Positions 22,425-32,321 of a stretch of DNA of 64,000 bases are shown here, piece by piece. Source of the stretch: Bacteroidota bacterium (GTDB taxonomy: Bacteria; Bacteroidota; Bacteroidia; NS11-12g; UBA955); NCBI GenBank assembly GCA_025354385.1, contig JANXMZ010000044.1, positions 1,069 to 65,068 of the forward strand, given 5' to 3'. Position 1 is the stretch's first letter. Every line of letters starts with the position of its first letter. The notes beneath the pieces are model-generated. The model had not been told where the DNA came from, searched no databases, and saw nothing but the letters and a program-made list of their open reading frames with translations. Made by a program: the position numbers and the translations under genes.

Positions 22425-23030
22425 ATGGCAAGATATACAGGTCCTAAATCAAAAATTGCACGTAGATTCCGTGAGGCTATCTTTGGTCCGGATAAGGCTT
22501 TGGATAAAAAACCTTATGGTCCGGGAATGCATGGTAACTCTCGCAGAAGAGGCAAACAATCAGAGTATTCTATTCAGTTGGCAGAAAAGCAAAAAGCCAA
22601 ATATACATACGGTTTATTAGAACGTCAATTTGCAAAAACCTTTAAAGTTGCTGCTGCAAAGCGCGGTGTTACTGGTGAAAATTTATTGAAATTCTTGGAA
22701 TCAAGATTGGATAATGTAGTATACAGAATGGGCGTTTCTCCAACTCGTAGCGGAGCTCGTCAATTGGTGTTGCACAAACACATCTTGGTGAACGGAGAAA
22801 TCGTTAATATTCCTTCTTATCACCTAAAAGCCGGCGATAAAATAGCAGTGAGAGAGAAATCCAAATCAATGGAAGTAATTACTGGCTCTTTGAGCAGTGG
22901 TAGAAAACGTTTTGGTTGGATTGAGTGGAATGATAAGGAAATGGAAGGCGTTTTTGTAAACATGCCAGACAGAGCAGACATTCCTGAAAACATCAAAGAA
23001 CAATTGATCGTTGAATTGTATTCTAAATAA
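22425..23030 (+). CDS. rpsD: 30S ribosomal protein S4
   Basis: [15 protein letters not shown]. Confidence 0.95.
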   Translation: MARYTGPKSKIARRFREAIFGPDKALDKKPYGPGMHGNSRRRGKQSEYSIQLAEKQKAKYTYGLLERQFAKTFKVAAAKRGVTGENLLKFLESRLDNVVYRMGVSPTRSGARQLVLHKHILVNGEIVNIPSYHLKAGDKIAVREKSKSMEVITGSLSSGRKRFGWIEWNDKEMEGVFVNMPDRADIPENIKEQLIVELYSK

Positions 23031-23055
23031 TCATTAATTAAACAAAAAAAGTAAA

Positions 23056-24048
23056 ATGCCAATATTAGCTTTCCAAAAACCTGAAAGAGTAATTATGCAC
23101 AAAGACTCAGACTTTTATGGTCTGTTCGAATTTAGCCCTTTGGAAAAAGGGTATGGTATCACCATTGGAAATTCATTGCGCAGAATATTACTTTCTTCAT
23201 TAGAAGGATACGCTATCACATCGGTTAGAATTCAAGGTGTAGACCATGAGTTCTCAACCATCAAAGGTGTGGTAGAAGACGTAACCGAAATCGTATTAAA
23301 CTTAAAACAAGTTAGATTTAAAAAATTAGCTAAAACGGAGGATAACGAAAAAATATTTATCAGCATTAAAGGTAAAGAAGCCTTTACTGCAGGAGATATT
23401 TCTAGATATACCAACACTTTTGAAGTTTTAAATCCTGATTTAGTGATTTGCAACATGGAACCATTTGTAAATCTTGAATTAGAAATTACCATCGATAAAG
23501 GTAGAGGTTATGTTCAAGCCGACGAGAACAAACCAAAAGATGCTCAAATTGGTTTAATACCAATTGATGCTATCTATACGCCAATAAAAAATGTAAAATA
23601 TTCAGTGGAAGATTTCAGGGTTGAACAAAAAACCGATTATGAGAAATTAATTATTGAATTACAAACTGATGGATCTATTCATCCTGAAAATGCATTGAAA
23701 GAAGCTGCGAATATTTTAATTCAACACTTTATTCTATTCAGTGATGAGAATATTTTATTGGATAGCCAAGTTAAAAAACCAGCTCAAGAAGTTGATGAGA
23801 ACTACCTGCACATGCGCAAAATTCTTAAAACTAACTTAGCTGATTTGGATCTTTCCGTTAGAGCATACAATTGCTTGAAAGCGGCAGAAATTCGCACACT
23901 TGGTGAGTTGGTTAGTTTTGATATTGATGATTTATTGAAATTTAGAAATTTCGGTAAAAAATCATTGTCTGAGTTGGAAGAATTTGTTAGAGAAAAAGGA
24001 ATGAATTTCGGAATGGATGTATCTAAATACCACCTTGACGAAGATTAA
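23056..24048 (+). CDS. rpoA: DNA-directed RNA polymerase subunit alpha
   Basis: 330 aa with N-terminal dimerisation domain and C-terminal domain. Confidence 0.95.
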   Translation: MPILAFQKPERVIMHKDSDFYGLFEFSPLEKGYGITIGNSLRRILLSSLEGYAITSVRIQGVDHEFSTIKGVVEDVTEIVLNLKQVRFKKLAKTEDNEKIFISIKGKEAFTAGDISRYTNTFEVLNPDLVICNMEPFVNLELEITIDKGRGYVQADENKPKDAQIGLIPIDAIYTPIKNVKYSVEDFRVEQKTDYEKLIIELQTDGSIHPENALKEAANILIQHFILFSDENILLDSQVKKPAQEVDENYLHMRKILKTNLADLDLSVRAYNCLKAAEIRTLGELVSFDIDDLLKFRNFGKKSLSELEEFVREKGMNFGMDVSKYHLDED

Positions 24049-24059
24049 ATAATAGTATA

Positions 24060-24584
24060 ATGAGACACGGAAATAAAGTAAATAAATTAGGAAGAACCGC
24101 ATCGCATAGACGTGCGTTACTTGCCAACTTAACCATATCGTTGATAAAGCACAAGCGAGTAACTACTACAGTTGCTAAAGCAAAGGCATTACGTATGTAT
24201 GTAGAACCTATCATTACCAAATCTAAAAATGATACCATGCACTCTCGTAGAACTGTTTTCTCTTATTTAAGAGATAAAGACAGTATTAAAGAATTGTTTA
24301 GTACAGTAGCTGAAAAGGTTGCAAACCGCCCAGGAGGTTATACTAGAATTTTAAAGTTAGGTACTCGTATGGGTGATAATGCTGAAATGGCCATGATTGA
24401 ATTGGTAGATTTTAACGAATACACCGATGGTATTGGCAAAAAAGATACTACTGCAAAAACCAAAACCAGAAGAAGTAGAGGTGCTAAAGGAGCGAAAGCT
24501 ACAGAAGCTATTTCAGCTACTATAGTTGAGGAAACTCCTGCTGCTGAAGAATTATCTGCCCCAGAAGAAACTCCAGAAGCTTAA
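24060..24584 (+). CDS. rplQ: 50S ribosomal protein L17 with acidic/Ala-rich C-terminal extension
   Basis: [19 protein letters not shown] start; 174 aa. Confidence 0.9.
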   Translation: MRHGNKVNKLGRTASHRRALLANLTISLIKHKRVTTTVAKAKALRMYVEPIITKSKNDTMHSRRTVFSYLRDKDSIKELFSTVAEKVANRPGGYTRILKLGTRMGDNAEMAMIELVDFNEYTDGIGKKDTTAKTKTRRSRGAKGAKATEAISATIVEETPAAEELSAPEETPEA

Positions 24585-24605
24585 TTGCTAATTAGACCAT
24601 ATTGA

Positions 24606-24636
24606 AACGCCCCATAAACATGGGGCGTTTTTTTTG
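24606..24636 (+). terminator. Rho-independent terminator ending the ribosomal/alpha operon
   Basis: The stem ACGCCCCA/TGGGGCGT is separated by a 6-nt loop and followed by a T9 run. Confidence 0.65.
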
Positions 24637-24670
24637 TGAATTAAATTTCTATTATATTTACAAGATATTT

Positions 24671-25402
24671 ATGGAAAACAAGAATTTGGGAATAGTTGCT
24701 ATATTATTATGTATTATCGCTGGTACATTAATATTGTCTAAAGCATGGGTAACTGGTAAGCAGCAAAATCAAACCATTTCTGTCACTGGTTCTGCACAAC
24801 AAGACTTTGTTTCAGATTTAATTGTTTGGAGTGGTTATTTTTCGAGAAATAATTCATCACTTCAAGAAGCCAATGCGCAATTGAAGGCCGATGCAGAAGT
24901 TATAAAAAAATATCTTTTAAAAAATGGCGTCAAAACAGAAGAAATTAAATTTTCCTCAATTAATATTCAAAAAACGTATAAGACCACTACCAATTCGGAT
25001 TATTCCAGAACAGAGGTATTTGATGGATATAATTTATCGCAAACTGTTACGGTTGAATCTAAAAAGGTAGACAAGTTAGAGTCACTTTCAAGAGAAGTAA
25101 CACAGCTCATTGACGAAGGCATAGAAGTAACATCGGAGACGCCTAGCTACCTGTACACCAAATTGGCTGATTTGAAGCACGTATTGATAGAAAATGCTAC
25201 CAAAGATGCTAGGTTAAGAGCTGATAAAGTGGCTATCAATGCTGGTGCAGCTTTAGATGATTTGAAAAAAGCTGATTTAGGAATTTTTCAGATTACTGGT
25301 CAAAATAGTACAGAGGATTATTCTTATGGTGGAGCATACAATACTTCTTCCAAAAATAAAACCATTAGCGTAACTGTTAAGTTGCAATTTGGTATCAATT
25401 AA
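24671..25402 (+). CDS. SIMPL (DUF541) domain protein
   Basis: N-terminal TM anchor and a periplasmic SIMPL-like domain. The start was chosen at MENKNL (24671), after the upstream terminator. Confidence 0.6.
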   Translation: MENKNLGIVAILLCIIAGTLILSKAWVTGKQQNQTISVTGSAQQDFVSDLIVWSGYFSRNNSSLQEANAQLKADAEVIKKYLLKNGVKTEEIKFSSINIQKTYKTTTNSDYSRTEVFDGYNLSQTVTVESKKVDKLESLSREVTQLIDEGIEVTSETPSYLYTKLADLKHVLIENATKDARLRADKVAINAGAALDDLKKADLGIFQITGQNSTEDYSYGGAYNTSSKNKTISVTVKLQFGIN

Positions 25403-25475
25403 TACGCATATAATTAATCCATTTTAATTACTGTAATCAATTAATAATGTGGATTTTTGCAGTATCGAAAAGGAT

Positions 25476-26645
25476 ATGAGCGAGAATTATAAAATGGTGG
25501 CCAAAACCATCTTCGGTTTTGAAGAGTTACTGGAAAATGAATTGAAAACTTTAGGCGCTTCTAATGTTGAGCGGGGCATGCGCATGGTGAGTTTCGAAGG
25601 CGATAAAGGTTTTATGTATAAAGTAAATTTAGCTGCACGCACCGCTATTAAAATTTTGAAACCTATTCATCAATTTGAAGCACTCAATGAATTTGAATTA
25701 TATGCAGGTATTCGGGAAATTAATTGGGAACAATACATGGGGGTGAATCAAACGTTAGCGATAGACTCGGCCGTATTCTCCGACTTTTTCACCCATTCTC
25801 TATATGTTTCTCAAAAAGTAAAAGATGCCATAGCTGATCAGTTTCGAGATAAATACCAAGAAAGGCCGAGTGTAGATTTGGAATCGCCCGACTTAAGAAT
25901 AAATATTCACATCCATCACAACAAGGTTTCTGTTGCTTTAGATAGTTCTGGAGAATCGTTGCACAAACGCGGTTATAGGCTAGCTACCAATGCAGCGCCA
26001 ATTAACGAGGTGTTGGCGGCAGGACTTGTAATTCTCTCTGGCTGGGATGGGCAGTGCGATTTTTTGGATCCAATGTGTGGCAGTGGTACTATTTTAGCCG
26101 AAGCTGCTATGATCGCTCATAATATTCCTGCCAATATTAACAGAAGAGAATTTGGCTTTGAACTTTGGAAAGATTGGGATGCGAATTTGTTTAATACCAT
26201 CAAAGAAAATTTATTAAAGAAAACAAAACCTTTTAACTACACAATAAAGGGCTTTGATATAGATGCCACCTCTGTAAGTAAGGCCAAGGAAAATATTCAC
26301 AATGCAAACTTGGATGAGTATATTCATATTTATCAGCAAGACTTTTTTAATTCTCAAAAGGAGAGCACCGGACCACTTCATATATTATTCAATCCTCCCT
26401 ACGATGAACGTATCAATATTGACACGGAGAATTTTTATAAGAGCATTGGCGATACGTTAAAGAAAAATTATCCAGGTACCAACGCCTGGTTTATAACAGC
26501 TAATTTGGATGCGCTAAAGTATGTTGGACTGAAAGCCTCGCGCAGAAAGGAAGTAGCCAATGGCGCTTTGGATGCCCGTTTAGTAAAGTATGAAATGTAT
26601 GAAGGTACGCGCAGGACTAATTTTAAAACTAAAGAATCAAACTGA
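25476..26645 (+). CDS. THUMP-domain class I SAM-dependent RNA methyltransferase (RlmL/COG0116-like)
   Basis: N-terminal THUMP-like region, GxGxG SAM motif (DPMCGSGT) and NPPY catalytic motif. Confidence 0.75.
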   Translation: MSENYKMVAKTIFGFEELLENELKTLGASNVERGMRMVSFEGDKGFMYKVNLAARTAIKILKPIHQFEALNEFELYAGIREINWEQYMGVNQTLAIDSAVFSDFFTHSLYVSQKVKDAIADQFRDKYQERPSVDLESPDLRINIHIHHNKVSVALDSSGESLHKRGYRLATNAAPINEVLAAGLVILSGWDGQCDFLDPMCGSGTILAEAAMIAHNIPANINRREFGFELWKDWDANLFNTIKENLLKKTKPFNYTIKGFDIDATSVSKAKENIHNANLDEYIHIYQQDFFNSQKESTGPLHILFNPPYDERINIDTENFYKSIGDTLKKNYPGTNAWFITANLDALKYVGLKASRRKEVANGALDARLVKYEMYEGTRRTNFKTKESN

Positions 26646-26652
26646 TTTATTT

Positions 26653-26678
26653 AGTCAATTTAGTTGACTACTCTTTTT
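26653..26678 (+). terminator. Weak AT-rich hairpin plus T-run between convergent genes
   Basis: The sequence TAGTCAATTTAGTTGACTA is followed by CTCTTTTT. It overlaps the lpxB stop. Confidence 0.3.
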
Positions 26679-27763
26679 GCGATGAGTTGAGCCGCTCTTT
26701 GTGAAGCACCAAAATCACCCACTTTTATTTTAAGGGCTTTGTAACTTGTAAGCATTTCTTTCCGACCATCACCTTCAACTATTTTGTTCAGTTCATCAAT
26801 CAGATTTTCCGTACTTAATTCTTCTTGAATTAATTCGGTTACTACTTTTTTATCCATAATTAAATTAACTAGAGAGATGTATGGAATTTTGATAACCATT
26901 TTTCCAATTTGATAACTTAAATTACTAAAGCGATAACAAACTACTTGAGGGCAGCCAATTAAAGCAGTTTCTAATGTAGCGGTTCCACTGCATACCAAAG
27001 CAGCATGGGCATTGGCCAGTACATCATATGTTTGATTTTTGATGATGCGAATGGGCGAATCTTTTAAATAGGATTGATAGGTGTCATCGTCAATGGCATG
27101 CGTGCCGGCTAAAATAAATTCGTAATCTTTAAAATGATTGACGACAGTAAGCATTGCAGGTAATACATATTTTAATTCAGCCAATCGGCTGCCGGGCAAT
27201 AAAGCTATGATTGGCTTGTTAATCGAATGGGCCATTTTAAAATTGGGACTAAAGTCATATTGGTGTATGGCATCACATATTGGATTTCCGATGTAATCTA
27301 CATTCATGCCAAAGCGTTTATAGAAAAGTGTTTCAAATGGAAGTATGGTATACATATACTTCACATCCCTTCTTATTTTATAAACTCTTCGGGTATTCCA
27401 TGCCCATACTTTTGGACTGATGTAATAATGGACTGGAATTTTATGTTGTGTTGCAAATTTGGCAATTTTTAAATTGAATCCTGGATAGTCAATCAGAATC
27501 AGAGCATCTGGCTTATTAGCCAATATATCCTGTTTACACTGTTTTATAAATCCCAATATTTTGCCCAAGTTTTTTAATACTTCTGTAATACCCATAAAAG
27601 CCCTTTCACGGTAATGGTTCACAAGAGTGCCACCTTCGGCTTGCATTAAATCGCCTCCCCAAAAACGGAAGTTAGCCTTCGGGTCTAAAACTTTTATGTT
27701 TTTCATCAGATTGGCCCCATGCAAATCGCCACTGGCTTCACCTGCTATTAGGTAATAGTTCAT
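26660..27763 (-). CDS. lpxB: Lipid-A-disaccharide synthase
   Basis: MNYYLIAGEASGDLHGANLM N-terminus; 367 aa. Confidence 0.9.
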   Translation of the reverse strand: MNYYLIAGEASGDLHGANLMKNIKVLDPKANFRFWGGDLMQAEGGTLVNHYRERAFMGITEVLKNLGKILGFIKQCKQDILANKPDALILIDYPGFNLKIAKFATQHKIPVHYYISPKVWAWNTRRVYKIRRDVKYMYTILPFETLFYKRFGMNVDYIGNPICDAIHQYDFSPNFKMAHSINKPIIALLPGSRLAELKYVLPAMLTVVNHFKDYEFILAGTHAIDDDTYQSYLKDSPIRIIKNQTYDVLANAHAALVCSGTATLETALIGCPQVVCYRFSNLSYQIGKMVIKIPYISLVNLIMDKKVVTELIQEELSTENLIDELNKIVEGDGRKEMLTSYKALKIKVGDFGASQRAAQLIAKRVVN

Positions 27764-27872
27764 TTTTATTAAGAACTACAAAGTAAGGTTAGTTTTGGTC
27801 AATATTTGAAATAAAGAAGAGAAAATAGGAGAAAAAAATCCTTATTTTTGCGCAACAATTAAAAAACGACAC

Positions 27873-29054
27873 ATGTCAAAAGAAGTATACATCGTATCAG
27901 CCGTTAGAACTGCAATGGGTTCATTTATGGGTTCACTATCTGGAATTCCAGCTACTAAACTTGGCGCGACTGCTATAAAAGGCGCTTTGGAAAAAGCTAA
28001 TTTAAAAGGTGAAGAAGTACAAGAGGTTTATTTTGGAAGCGTATTGCAAGCTGGTTTAGGTCAGGCACCAGCCCGTCAGGCTGCTATGTATGCCGGTTTA
28101 CCCAACACAGTTCAATGCACCACTATTAATAAAGTTTGTGCTAGTGGAATGAAATCTATTGCGTTAGGCGCCCAACAAATTATGACAGGTGTTGCGGATG
28201 TTGTAGTAGCAGGTGGAATGGAGAATATGAGTGCTGTGCCACATTATATGATGGGCAGCAGAACTGGTTATAAATATGGTAACTTTAACATGATAGACGG
28301 TTTGTCTAACGATGGATTAATGGATGCCTATAATCATCAAATGATGGGTTGGTGTTCCGACCTTTGTGCTACAGAATATAAAATTAGCAGAGAAGACCAG
28401 GATGCATTTGCCATTGATTCGTATAAAAAATCTGCTAAAGCATGGGCAGATGGTAAGTTCGATAATGAAATAGTGCCAGTGGAATTGGTAGATAAAAAAG
28501 GAAATATAACCTTGTTCAACCATGACGAAGAATACAAAAATGTATTTTTTGAAAAAATACCAGGGTTAAAACCAGCGTTCAATAAAGACGGAACCGCCAC
28601 CGCAGCTAATTCAAGCACTATGAATGATGGTGCAGCAGCAGTGGTGTTAATGAGCAAAGAAAAAATGGAGGCATTGGGATTAAAACCAATTGCTAAAATA
28701 AGAAGTTTTGCAGATGCAGAGCATGCTCCAGAGTGGTTTACAACTGCTCCTAGTAAAGCATTGCCGAAAGCTTTGTCTCAAGCTGGATTAACCATTGCTG
28801 ATATAGATAATTTTGAATTCAATGAAGCATTTGCTACAGTAGGTATTGTTAATACTCAGTTATTGAAAATTGATAGCAGTAAAGTAAATGTGAATGGTGG
28901 TGCTGTTGCTCTCGGTCATCCATTGGGGGCAAGTGGTGCACGCATTATTGTTACACTTATTAATGTATTGCAACAGAATGGAGGTAAAGTTGGTGCGGCA
29001 GCTATTTGTAATGGTGGTGGTGGTGCTAGTGCCATGGTGATTGAATTGGCATAA
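27873..29054 (+). CDS. Acetyl-CoA C-acetyltransferase (thiolase)
   Basis: VYIVSAVRTAMGSF start with active-site Cys regions; 393 aa. Confidence 0.9.
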   Translation: MSKEVYIVSAVRTAMGSFMGSLSGIPATKLGATAIKGALEKANLKGEEVQEVYFGSVLQAGLGQAPARQAAMYAGLPNTVQCTTINKVCASGMKSIALGAQQIMTGVADVVVAGGMENMSAVPHYMMGSRTGYKYGNFNMIDGLSNDGLMDAYNHQMMGWCSDLCATEYKISREDQDAFAIDSYKKSAKAWADGKFDNEIVPVELVDKKGNITLFNHDEEYKNVFFEKIPGLKPAFNKDGTATAANSSTMNDGAAAVVLMSKEKMEALGLKPIAKIRSFADAEHAPEWFTTAPSKALPKALSQAGLTIADIDNFEFNEAFATVGIVNTQLLKIDSSKVNVNGGAVALGHPLGASGARIIVTLINVLQQNGGKVGAAAICNGGGGASAMVIELA

Positions 29055-29083
29055 GCTAATTTAAAAGCCAATTGTTGTTTCTT

Positions 29084-30010
29084 CTATAATCCTATTAAAG
29101 TCTTATAAGTTTCATTAATCACTTTCGACATGCGGAAGAGGTCGAGGGTGGCCATGGTATCTGTTTCTTCGTGGTAATTTTTGTTGCGAAAGAATGAGGT
29201 ATCTGTAATCATTAAGGCGCTGATTCCAAAGTTCCAATAGTTCATGTGGTCGGATAAATCGATGCCTAATTCAGGAACACCTGTGAATTTTTTTGTTTTC
29301 ACACTTGCTCCACGATTGAATCTGCGAGAGAATTTACGTGCAAATTTGCCAGCTCCGAATTTCTTAACAAGGGTAATGTAGTTACCGCGTTTGCCATAAA
29401 AAAGCGTGAGTATTTTGATGGGGTATTCTTGAGAGTTTTTAGCATCGTTAAAGTACCCAATCATCTCCATCGAGATCATGCCATATACTTGCGTTTTGTT
29501 ATCTACTAGAGATTTAGCATGGAAATAAGAGCCCATGGAATGGGTGTCGAAATAGGGAGGTTCTTCTAAACTATAAGCTACCAATTCTATTCTGTTGTTG
29601 AGTGTTTTGCCTTTTAATAATCGGCCCAATTCTAAAATGGAAACCACACCACTGGCATTATCATCGGCCCCTTCTTGGTCGCCACACACATCATAATGCG
29701 CGCCCACTACTACGGTCTTTTTATTTTTAGAACCAAATACTGCAATGACATTTTTATAGGTCAAACCTTTAACAATAAATGCTTGGTAGTATACTGTATC
29801 GGCATAAGGTTTCCAATGCTTGTAGATATAAGCGGCAATTGAATCGAGTTGTTCTACTTTTAAGTGGTTGCGAAATTGTTTGGTCTTGGTAATGACCACC
29901 ATGTGCTGTCTTACAAGGGATGTATCGCTTTGGGCTGTGACCTTTGATAATGAAAGGCTACTTATTATGAATAGAAATATAAGTTGATTAATGGGTAGGG
30001 TTTTATGCAT
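29084..30010 (-). CDS. M28-family zinc aminopeptidase (secreted)
   Basis: Signal peptide, then GAHYDV...DDNASGVVSILE. Confidence 0.7.
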   Translation of the reverse strand: MHKTLPINQLIFLFIISSLSLSKVTAQSDTSLVRQHMVVITKTKQFRNHLKVEQLDSIAAYIYKHWKPYADTVYYQAFIVKGLTYKNVIAVFGSKNKKTVVVGAHYDVCGDQEGADDNASGVVSILELGRLLKGKTLNNRIELVAYSLEEPPYFDTHSMGSYFHAKSLVDNKTQVYGMISMEMIGYFNDAKNSQEYPIKILTLFYGKRGNYITLVKKFGAGKFARKFSRRFNRGASVKTKKFTGVPELGIDLSDHMNYWNFGISALMITDTSFFRNKNYHEETDTMATLDLFRMSKVINETYKTLIGL

Positions 30011-30048
30011 TATCTAGGAGAACGAATTTTGTAGAACTTTAGTATGTT

Positions 30049-31056
30049 TTAAAAAGTAATATCATTGAAACGGTAGTTCGGAATAAAAGAACGGAAACAA
30101 ACGAGCCTTCTTCGCATTATAAATTGTATTTGCAAAGTAATGGATTGATTGTTAAAGTTGGGATTTGGTATTTTAGTTAGATTGAATTCATAACCATAAC
30201 GCAATTGAAATTGATGAGTAGTAAATCCAATGGTACCTAATAAATAATTTCTTTCAGCATAAATAGAACGGTAATTATTGAATGAAAGTCCACCCATCCA
30301 ATGTCTACTTTTTATTTGCGTTCCAATATTGAATAGTTTAGTGCTTACTTGTGTGCTCAAAAGTGATTTTGCATAGAACTCATATTTTTTGTGTGAAAAA
30401 AATCGATACTGTAAATGAAAAGTAGACTGCATTGATTTTTTTACAACAGCGTTTTCAGTGAACGCCCAATTCGGACGGTTGATATTTTGAAATGCTGCAC
30501 CTGCTTCAAGAGTAGGTGTTTGTATTAAAATGCCCGAGCCTAATGTGAAATAAGCACTACTTCCTTTGTATGAAGAATTATTAAATACCCCATCGTAGTA
30601 GGTTGGATGAATACCTATGTCATCAGGACTTTGAAATAATAGAATCTTAGAAGCATCGAGTGATTTAGTTTCGAATCCAGGTTGAATGGCTGCTCGGATA
30701 CTTAACTTTCTATTGATGGGAAGGACATAGGAATAAATACCTTTTAATGCTCGCAGTTGAATTAATCCATTGCCTACAAATTGTTGTTCATAAATGAATC
30801 CCAAGCCTCCACCTAAATTCCAACTTTTCCAATCTAAACTTATGAGTTGTGCATTGGTTTTTTGAATATCATTTTGTGATGTATTTATGAATAATCGACC
30901 TTCTGAGCCATGTCGGTTGTTGCCATTGCCAGCAAAAGCGGGGTTAAAGGAGAGTGGTGAGGCCGTATTTACATGGAATAACATTTCCTGAGCATCCATT
31001 TTGGTGAATGTAAAAAATAAAATGGTTATTACTAAATGTCGTAACATCATACTCAA
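30049..31056 (-). CDS. T9SS membrane protein of the PorP/SprF family
   Basis: 335 aa. Signal peptide, an NPAFAG motif near the N-terminus, and beta-barrel-like composition. Confidence 0.65.
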   Translation of the reverse strand: MSMMLRHLVITILFFTFTKMDAQEMLFHVNTASPLSFNPAFAGNGNNRHGSEGRLFINTSQNDIQKTNAQLISLDWKSWNLGGGLGFIYEQQFVGNGLIQLRALKGIYSYVLPINRKLSIRAAIQPGFETKSLDASKILLFQSPDDIGIHPTYYDGVFNNSSYKGSSAYFTLGSGILIQTPTLEAGAAFQNINRPNWAFTENAVVKKSMQSTFHLQYRFFSHKKYEFYAKSLLSTQVSTKLFNIGTQIKSRHWMGGLSFNNYRSIYAERNYLLGTIGFTTHQFQLRYGYEFNLTKIPNPNFNNQSITLQIQFIMRRRLVCFRSFIPNYRFNDITF

Positions 31057-31196
31057 ATATATAAGTAAATTAGTAAATAGAAAAATGAGAGGCCTAAATG
31101 AATGTATTTGCCTTAGGTTTCATTTTTAGGTGCCCCAAAAAAACTTTAAGTTTGCAGACACAATAAAATTGGCACAATTTTGATTATAGTATAGAT

Positions 31197-32036
31197 ATGA
31201 GAACGAAAATGTATTTAACTGTGCTGTTGATTTTTTGCAAACTAAGTGGTTTGCATGCACAGGAATATCATCCACTATTAAAAAAATATTCGGATAGTTT
31301 GCGTTTTTCTAAAGTTGAAGCTTGGCGTATTCAATACAATGATTCTTTTAAAACTTTGCTGAAGACATTACTGGATGAGGAGAATGCTTTTAACTACAAT
31401 CTGGATTCTATTAAAAGCACCATTTCCGTTTTGGAATCGTCCGATAAAAAATTAAAAACTATTACTTGGGTAATTACCAACGATAGAGAGGAGTTTTCTA
31501 ATTTTGGTGTAGTTCTTTATAGAAAAAATGCGGGAGCAGAAACCAAGGTATTTTGGTTGCGCGATTACATTTCAAATAAATCCGATTCTCTTTACGAAGA
31601 CTTTGCAGCCGATTATTGGCCAGGTGCTTTGTATTACCAAATTTACCAATTCAAAAAAAAGAAAACAGATTGTTATTGTGTGCTGGGTTTGAATGGTAAG
31701 AGTAGTTTTATGAACCGCAAGGTGATTGATGTATTATGGATAGATAAGGAGGGGGAATTGCACATTGGAGCACCAGTGTTTTATCAATCGGAAAGCGATT
31801 ATACACCACAGTTCAGAGTTTTCTTTGATCATGCCGACCAGACCAGTATGGTGCTGCGTTTTGAGCCATTAAAAAGAATGATTACATTTTCTAATCTCGC
31901 ACCTTCAAATCCTCAAATGATTGGACAAAGGCAATACTATATTCCAGATGGCCGCGTTGATTTTTATATTCTCAATAAAAAAGGAAAGTGGATTAAGCAT
32001 GAGGGCTTAACCGAGTTTGATTTGATAGGGCAGTAA
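31197..32036 (+). CDS. Hypothetical secreted protein
   Basis: 279 aa with a signal peptide. No family was recognised. Confidence 0.45.
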   Translation: MRTKMYLTVLLIFCKLSGLHAQEYHPLLKKYSDSLRFSKVEAWRIQYNDSFKTLLKTLLDEENAFNYNLDSIKSTISVLESSDKKLKTITWVITNDREEFSNFGVVLYRKNAGAETKVFWLRDYISNKSDSLYEDFAADYWPGALYYQIYQFKKKKTDCYCVLGLNGKSSFMNRKVIDVLWIDKEGELHIGAPVFYQSESDYTPQFRVFFDHADQTSMVLRFEPLKRMITFSNLAPSNPQMIGQRQYYIPDGRVDFYILNKKGKWIKHEGLTEFDLIGQ

Positions 32037-32045
32037 TTGCACACT

Positions 32046-32182
32046 TCGGCTCCGCTCAGTGTTCGATGGGGCTCCGCTCAGTGTGCTACAGCTCCGCTTA
32101 GTGTGTGTGAAGAACAAGGCACCGCTCAGTACTTTTGGAGAGTGCGGCTGAGTTCAGTGCGTCTGAACAGTGCGGATGCTGC
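32046..32182. repeat. GC-rich array of direct and inverted copies of a GGCTCCGCTCAGTG-like unit
   Basis: Direct copies of CCGCTCAGTG sit at 32051, 32073, 32093 and 32121. Degenerate inverted copies (CAGTGCGG) and a GTTCAG/CTGAAC hairpin lie at 32141-32174. Confidence 0.7.
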
Positions 32183-32245
32183 CAAGTGTAAGTAAATTTT
32201 TGTAATTGTCGGATTACAAAATTAAGCTTAATGTGATTGTAATTA

Positions 32246-32305
32246 AAAGTACCATAACCGCAAGTACCCTGAACGTAAGTGCCCTGATTCCAAGTACCCA
32301 GAGCT
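32246..32305. repeat. 15-bp tandem repeat x4 (AAGTACCC-N7)
   Basis: The four units are aagtaccataaccgc, aagtaccctgaacgt, aagtgccctgattcc and aagtacccagagctt. Confidence 0.7.
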
Positions 32306-32321
32306 TAGACGAAGGATACTT

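Noticed and set aside
32040-32305. Possibility that the repeat arrays are a CRISPR array
   Set aside because: The repeats are about 10-15 bp with irregular 20-28 bp spacing, and they include inverted copies. There is no cas gene nearby. They do not match the 24-48 bp repeats with uniform spacers of CRISPR.
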